Positions 8,122 through 12,118 of a stretch of 12,118 nucleotides of DNA are shown one piece after another (the stretch's first letter is position 1; each line of letters opens with the position of its first letter). A program made the position numbers and the translations under genes. The notes under the pieces are model-generated. The model was not told where the DNA came from and made no database searches. It worked only from the letters and a program-made list of their open reading frames with translations. This stretch comes from a bacterium (GTDB lineage: Bacteria; Muiribacteriota; UBA6191): contig JAYZAC010000117.1 of the NCBI GenBank assembly GCA_036339875.1, positions 1 through 12,118 of the forward strand. Direction: 5' to 3'.

Positions 8122-8852
8122 TAGAAATTCAAAATCTTCTTCAATTTGTCTGAAATTTTATTCCTGAATTTTTCTCCAACTTTTTCAAGAAGTGTCTTTC
8201 GAAGTTTTACTTTTAGCTCGTTCAGGACCTCGGTTTTTACGTGATGTTTAGCTTCATCCAAAATTGCTTTAACCAGAGACCTTGTAAAATGTAATAACGG
8301 GGGAATGGGTTTTCCACCAACTGTAAGATTCTCGATTTCAAAATTTGGTACCTCGATCTCTTTGAAAAAATCATCCGAATGCAAGTACAACTTTAGCCCT
8401 CTAACTTCAATTGAATCGAACTTAAATTTTGGTGATTTTTGAATCTTTGCGCTGGGCTTATTAACTTCAGCACTAAAAACTTTGGAGCTAAACTTGCCTT
8501 CACTGAATGATACGTATAAGGCCAAGTCATCTAAAGTAACTTTCTTAAAACTTACAATTTCTTTCATTGCCAATGAAGGTTCTAATTGCAAACTTAAATT
8601 ATTAAATTCAATTAGATTAGTTTCATGAAAACCGACAGGGTTTCTCACATAAAATTCATTAAAGGTTAAACTCAAATTGGAAAATTTTATATTGAGATCT
8701 TTCAAAGAGGACTCTGTTCTAAACGCCTTGCCCAGAAAATCGTTAACCTTCGAAGTGAGAAAGTCATCCAGAAATAAGTGGACTATTATAAATATCAAAA
8801 GAAGAGCTATAGAAAAAAAAGAAATTAAAAGCTTGAAAATGCCTGTTTTCAT
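8121..8852 (-). CDS. Membrane-anchored AsmA-like/DUF748-like short protein
   Basis: Single N-terminal TM helix, then beta-rich segments with 'LTFNEFYVRNPVGF...LIEFNNLSLQL.PS...IVSFKKVTL' typical of AsmA N-termini, and a Lys-rich amphipathic C-terminal helix. Start trimmed to MKTGIFK (8852); GTG at 8894 is the alternative. Confidence 0.6.
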   Translation of the reverse strand: MKTGIFKLLISFFSIALLLIFIIVHLFLDDFLTSKVNDFLGKAFRTESSLKDLNIKFSNLSLTFNEFYVRNPVGFHETNLIEFNNLSLQLEPSLAMKEIVSFKKVTLDDLALYVSFSEGKFSSKVFSAEVNKPSAKIQKSPKFKFDSIEVRGLKLYLHSDDFFKEIEVPNFEIENLTVGGKPIPPLLHFTRSLVKAILDEAKHHVKTEVLNELKVKLRKTLLEKVGEKFRNKISDKLKKILNF

Positions 8853-9197
8853 AAATAAACCGGAGTAATAACTTTGAATCGTCTGTTCTATCACACATTA
8901 ATGTAGAATAAAAGAGTTTATCTAAATTTGAGATCAGATGAACTACCCTATGGAACTTGGGGCACACCAGTCACTGGAGCATTTACCAAAATCTGAACCA
9001 ACTTTACTTTAATCAGGGCATTAGAAAAAGTATTTTTATCGATTCCTAGAAAAGCTGTAGGGCCATAAGCACCTGCGTGACATAGAATTGTGAATTTCTA
9101 ATTCAGTTATGGAGATAACCGGCGTGATCGAGGTAATAAATTTAATATTTCTCGCTCTTAATTAACCCATACAAAGACAGACATTCAACGATCTAAC

Positions 9198-9710
9198 TCA
9201 ACTAGAGATACTTTGTGCGTAGAACCAGAGAGTGTAAATTTTGGGATCTATCATACATCCTCGAGACTGGATATCGTCAACCCAATTTAAGAAGCTTGAT
9301 TGGGGAACTTCGTGTATAACAATATTTTCATTATCTACACCTCCACCTATTCCACTTTTTTCTAAATTTTTTGCTAGGAATAAGTAAATCCATTCTGTTG
9401 ACATTCCTGGAACCAAGGGACCATCAATCAGACATTCCCAATTTTGCGCTGTGTAGCCAGTCTCTTCCAACAACTCTCTCTTAGCAGCTTCTAGAGCCTC
9501 TTCTGGACCAGAATCACCTACTAAACCTGCAGGTAATTCAATTACTCGACCTTCCACAGGAGGACGATATTGTTCTACAAGCAACAAATTACCATTGGTA
9601 GTTAAAGCCATAATAACGACAATTCGAGCGGCATTAACTCTTTGGACAAATTCCCATTTCTCTGATTCTTTGAATTCAAGAAAAGCTCCTTGATAATGGG
9701 TCAAACTCAT
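9198..9710 (-). CDS. Nudix hydrolase (ADP-ribose pyrophosphatase/NudF-like)
   Basis: LLLVEQYRPPV...IELPAGLV...AAKRELLEETGY (Nudix box), preceded by WEFVQR. AGGAGA SD inside the upstream gene. Confidence 0.92.
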   Translation of the reverse strand: MSLTHYQGAFLEFKESEKWEFVQRVNAARIVVIMALTTNGNLLLVEQYRPPVEGRVIELPAGLVGDSGPEEALEAAKRELLEETGYTAQNWECLIDGPLVPGMSTEWIYLFLAKNLEKSGIGGGVDNENIVIHEVPQSSFLNWVDDIQSRGCMIDPKIYTLWFYAQSISS

Positions 9711-10187
9711 TTATCGCAGTCTCCTCTGATGCTTAATCTCCTGTGGTACAAGAACCCAGCTGCTTCCAGGATCATTCCCGAAAACGTCAAGCCCAGCCAA
9801 AAGCTCGTAATAAACTTTATTACCAGCCTCCGCTGAAAAGTCACGAATGCCATCATTTAGCTCAAATATTACTTTGTACTTATGCTTTTCCCGAGCTTTG
9901 AAGAGTTTGTAGCTAAGAAAATCCACTTTCTGCTGGTAAAATTCTTCCCTCTCAACTCTTGGCAAACCTGGTTGTCCTTTATCATCGGTATCTATAATAG
10001 TCATTTCACTAACGCCTCTGATAAGCAGATAGGCAGATCTAATCTCAAACTCTTCCTCATGCACTTCTACTGCAACTGAAACATCGATTGGTTCATTTAA
10101 GACAAAATGACGAGGCGTCAAGGAAACTCTAGCCTGAGTGCCAGTAAGCCTTATGGCCAACCTCTTTATACTATCAACTAATGACAT
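9711..10187 (-). CDS. Spo0M-like (arrestin-N-like beta-sandwich) protein
   Basis: Amphipathic N-terminal helix, then alternating beta strands (RVSL, IDVSVAVEV, SAYLLIRG, YKVIFEL) and C-terminal YYELLAGLDVFGNDPGSSW, resembling short proteins I recall being annotated as 'sporulation protein'. Stop directly abuts the Nudix ATG. Confidence 0.55.
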   Translation of the reverse strand: MSLVDSIKRLAIRLTGTQARVSLTPRHFVLNEPIDVSVAVEVHEEEFEIRSAYLLIRGVSEMTIIDTDDKGQPGLPRVEREEFYQQKVDFLSYKLFKAREKHKYKVIFELNDGIRDFSAEAGNKVYYELLAGLDVFGNDPGSSWVLVPQEIKHQRRLR

Positions 10188-10346
10188 AACTAACTTCCCA
10201 GAAAATTTAAAGATTATTCTTATGGATCTAACAACTTAACAGTAGAAATCTCAAAGCGCACTCTCAAAGGGGATTTCACATGAAAAAGATCTAAAAAAAG
10301 GATGAATGTCTAACGGTTGTTTCTACCAAATACAGAATGTGAAAAT

Positions 10347-11462
10347 TCAGATAACCATTGGAAAGCTTAATGTGATCTCGGTACCATGATCATCACCGAG
10401 ACTTTCATGAGTAGAGTCTATGCTTATCTGTCCACCAAAACTGCTCACCCAACGTTTTACCAATGGAATACCCATACCAGAACCTTTCTCACCGCTTGTT
10501 CCAGGGCTGCTCTGCGCAAGAGTAGAAATATTCAAATTAGTTAGCTGTTTCGGCAGCATTCCCACGCCATGATCCCTCACAGTTATTACTAGATCGTGAT
10601 CCGCTTTACTCAATTTAAGCTGGACCACACTATCTGGATAACTATACTTGCATGCATTCGACAGTAAATTGTTGAGAATACTTACTACGAACCAATTGCG
10701 ATCAACTTTAACTTTGGCATCCGTTGCACAATTGTCAATACTGAGTTTAATCTTCTTTGAATCAAATTTGGATTTAAGTATAGATGCACTTTCTTCCACC
10801 AACCCTAATGCCTCATGCTCCTTGACTTCCATACTGAGACGTCCCTCTTCACCTGCCACTATCTCATGTACTGTTTTGAGGAATTTAAAGGCTCTGTAAC
10901 TGGCATTGTATATCCTCGGGAAAAAACCTTGAGCATCATTAACAGAGTCAGAACGTTTCAAAAACTGCGCCATGTTGTAGATAGCACCTACATAATTGGC
11001 TAGGTCATGACACAAAACATGTACTAACATTTGGTACTTCACCTTGGATTCTTGAAGTTCTCTCTGCAACCTCTGAACTTTAAGATGAGTATCTATTCTA
11101 GCTTTTAATTCCTGAGATTTTACAGGTTTAGTAATGTAATCGACAGCACCTTTGCTAAATCCAACCACGATAGTATCTACATCAGAATCTCCTGATAAGA
11201 AAAGTACAGGCAATTGTTCACACTCCGGTATCTCCAGCAATTGCTCGCAAACCTTGAATCCATCTTCGCCTGGTAGCCTTACGTCGAGTAAAACTAAATT
11301 CAATGGATTACTGCTGGCATATTCCAGTAATTCCGATCCACTATTGAAAGTCTCAACGGCATACTGCCCTGTTCTAATCAGAACACGCTCAGTCAGCTGT
11401 CGCATTGATTGATCGTCATCGCAGATGGCAATGACTGGTTTTGAACATACTGTTTCAGACAT
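10347..11462 (-). CDS. Hybrid response regulator-histidine kinase (REC-HisKA-HATPase), cytoplasmic
   Basis: REC: IAICDDD, LVLLDVRLPGEDGF, VLFLSG, GAVDYITKP. H-box LCHDLAN; N-box NLLSNACKYS; G1 VRDHGVGM; G2 GEKGSGMGI. Start trimmed to MSETV (11462); the 31-aa extension in the track looks non-coding. Confidence 0.92.
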   Translation of the reverse strand: MSETVCSKPVIAICDDDQSMRQLTERVLIRTGQYAVETFNSGSELLEYASSNPLNLVLLDVRLPGEDGFKVCEQLLEIPECEQLPVLFLSGDSDVDTIVVGFSKGAVDYITKPVKSQELKARIDTHLKVQRLQRELQESKVKYQMLVHVLCHDLANYVGAIYNMAQFLKRSDSVNDAQGFFPRIYNASYRAFKFLKTVHEIVAGEEGRLSMEVKEHEALGLVEESASILKSKFDSKKIKLSIDNCATDAKVKVDRNWFVVSILNNLLSNACKYSYPDSVVQLKLSKADHDLVITVRDHGVGMLPKQLTNLNISTLAQSSPGTSGEKGSGMGIPLVKRWVSSFGGQISIDSTHESLGDDHGTEITLSFPMVI

Positions 11463-11502
11463 ACTATAACCAAACAAACATACCCTAGATAAATATAAGG
11501 GA

Positions 11503-11530
11503 TAATCGGAGTATTTAATTGAGACTCTTA
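11503..11530 (-). promoter_or_regulatory. Putative sigma28-like promoter upstream of the hybrid kinase
   Basis: Minus strand TAAGA-N15-TCCGATTA, 40 nt upstream of ATG 11462; same geometry as the motif at 4868-4895. Confidence 0.3.
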
Positions 11531-11692
11531 GTATCAAATTGGATCTATCAAGCATCTATTATTACGATATTAAATGTGTCAATTTTGAACATGTAAACAT
11601 CCCTATTGGTCTGATAAACTTCAACCAAATGCATCAGAATTAGCTCTAGGTTCCTTATTGAAAACTGAACTAAAGTACAATTAGTATCGATA

Positions 11693-12118
11693 TCAGTCTG
11701 CTCTGAATAATCGTAAACTGCCAAGAATTGAGGATTGTAGACTCTCATCGGTATTCCTCAAAATTTCTGGTGGTAAATCAATCCAAAACTTTTCAAAATT
11801 TTTGGATAATATAGATAATCGTAATCTATCTAGATGAATCAATAATCGAATTTCTATTTCTCTGTATTCTAGATAATAGCCGTACTTACACGTAGACCAA
11901 TATCTAAACTTCCAATCCGATGTCTTAAATAGATTAAATTTAAATTCAAAGCTGAAAGTCTCACAAATTAAAGAAAGAAAATTTTCAAAAATCTGCTCTA
12001 TTCGACTTTTAATGCTAAGATCTTTCAGAGCATTATGAGTTTTAGTAGAATCCCACTCTATTAAGCTTTCTGGAAGACCCATGGAGATTAAACTTTGATT
12101 GAATCCCCGTTTCAAAAT
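11693..12118 (-). CDS. 3' part of a hypothetical protein entering from the right edge
   Basis: Frame is open from the window edge (ATT TTG AAA...) to TGA at 11693-11695, at least 141 codons. No family recognised. Confidence 0.55.
   Translation of the reverse strand: MLKRGFNQSLISMGLPESLIEWDSTKTHNALKDLSIKSRIEQIFENFLSLICETFSFEFKFNLFKTSDWKFRYWSTCKYGYYLEYREIEIRLLIHLDRLRLSILSKNFEKFWIDLPPEILRNTDESLQSSILGSLRLFRAD

Noticed and set aside
8097..8820. T8 tracts near the 5' ends of the DUF547 and AsmA-like genes as phase-variation sites
   Set aside because: Both frames are intact, and A/T8 runs are expected in AT-rich DNA encoding Phe-rich hydrophobic segments.
8949..9098. 49-codon open minus-strand frame (KFTILCHAGAYGPTAF...)
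   Set aside because: No plausible start codon or SD near its 5' end and no recognisable similarity.
1994..11412. Short antisense or overlapping ORFs in the track (1994, 2355, 6109, 6523, 7578, 8677, 8764, 9882, 10648, 10815, 11152)
   Set aside because: All overlap better-supported genes and show no recognisable motifs.
11548..11748. 66-aa minus ORF bridging the edge gene and the kinase, suggesting a frameshifted gene
   Set aside because: No recognisable protein motif and no evident slippery site; most likely a chance ORF in AT-rich intergenic DNA.
11693..12118. RGFNQS resembles the ComF/GntX RGFNQ motif
   Set aside because: No PRPP-binding 'DDVxTTG' motif follows in this frame, and the downstream sequence does not resemble ComF.

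Overview
AT-rich bacterial chromosomal window with mostly housekeeping and envelope genes. I see no mobile element, CRISPR array, rRNA or tRNA. In order: (1) the 5' part of an Aas-like acyltransferase-ACP-adenylation fusion gene running off the left edge (absent from the ORF track); (2) a D-2-hydroxyacid dehydrogenase-hemF pair; (3) a divergent P-loop NMP-kinase-like gene; (4) an unknown protein with a sigma28-like promoter; (5) an FKBP PPIase followed by an exported peroxiredoxin-like protein fused to a heavy-metal-associated (HMA) domain; (6) an ArsS-type radical SAM gene convergent with an AsmA-like/DUF547 pair; (7) a Spo0M-like/Nudix pair; (8) a REC-histidine kinase hybrid; (9) the 3' end of an unknown gene at the right edge. 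The most interesting part is the Cys-rich block at about 5015-8852 (Prx-HMA fusion, ArsS-like enzyme, DUF547 with an extra CxxC), which may be a thiol-based metal/metalloid handling module. All family calls come from motif recognition by eye, not from database searches.
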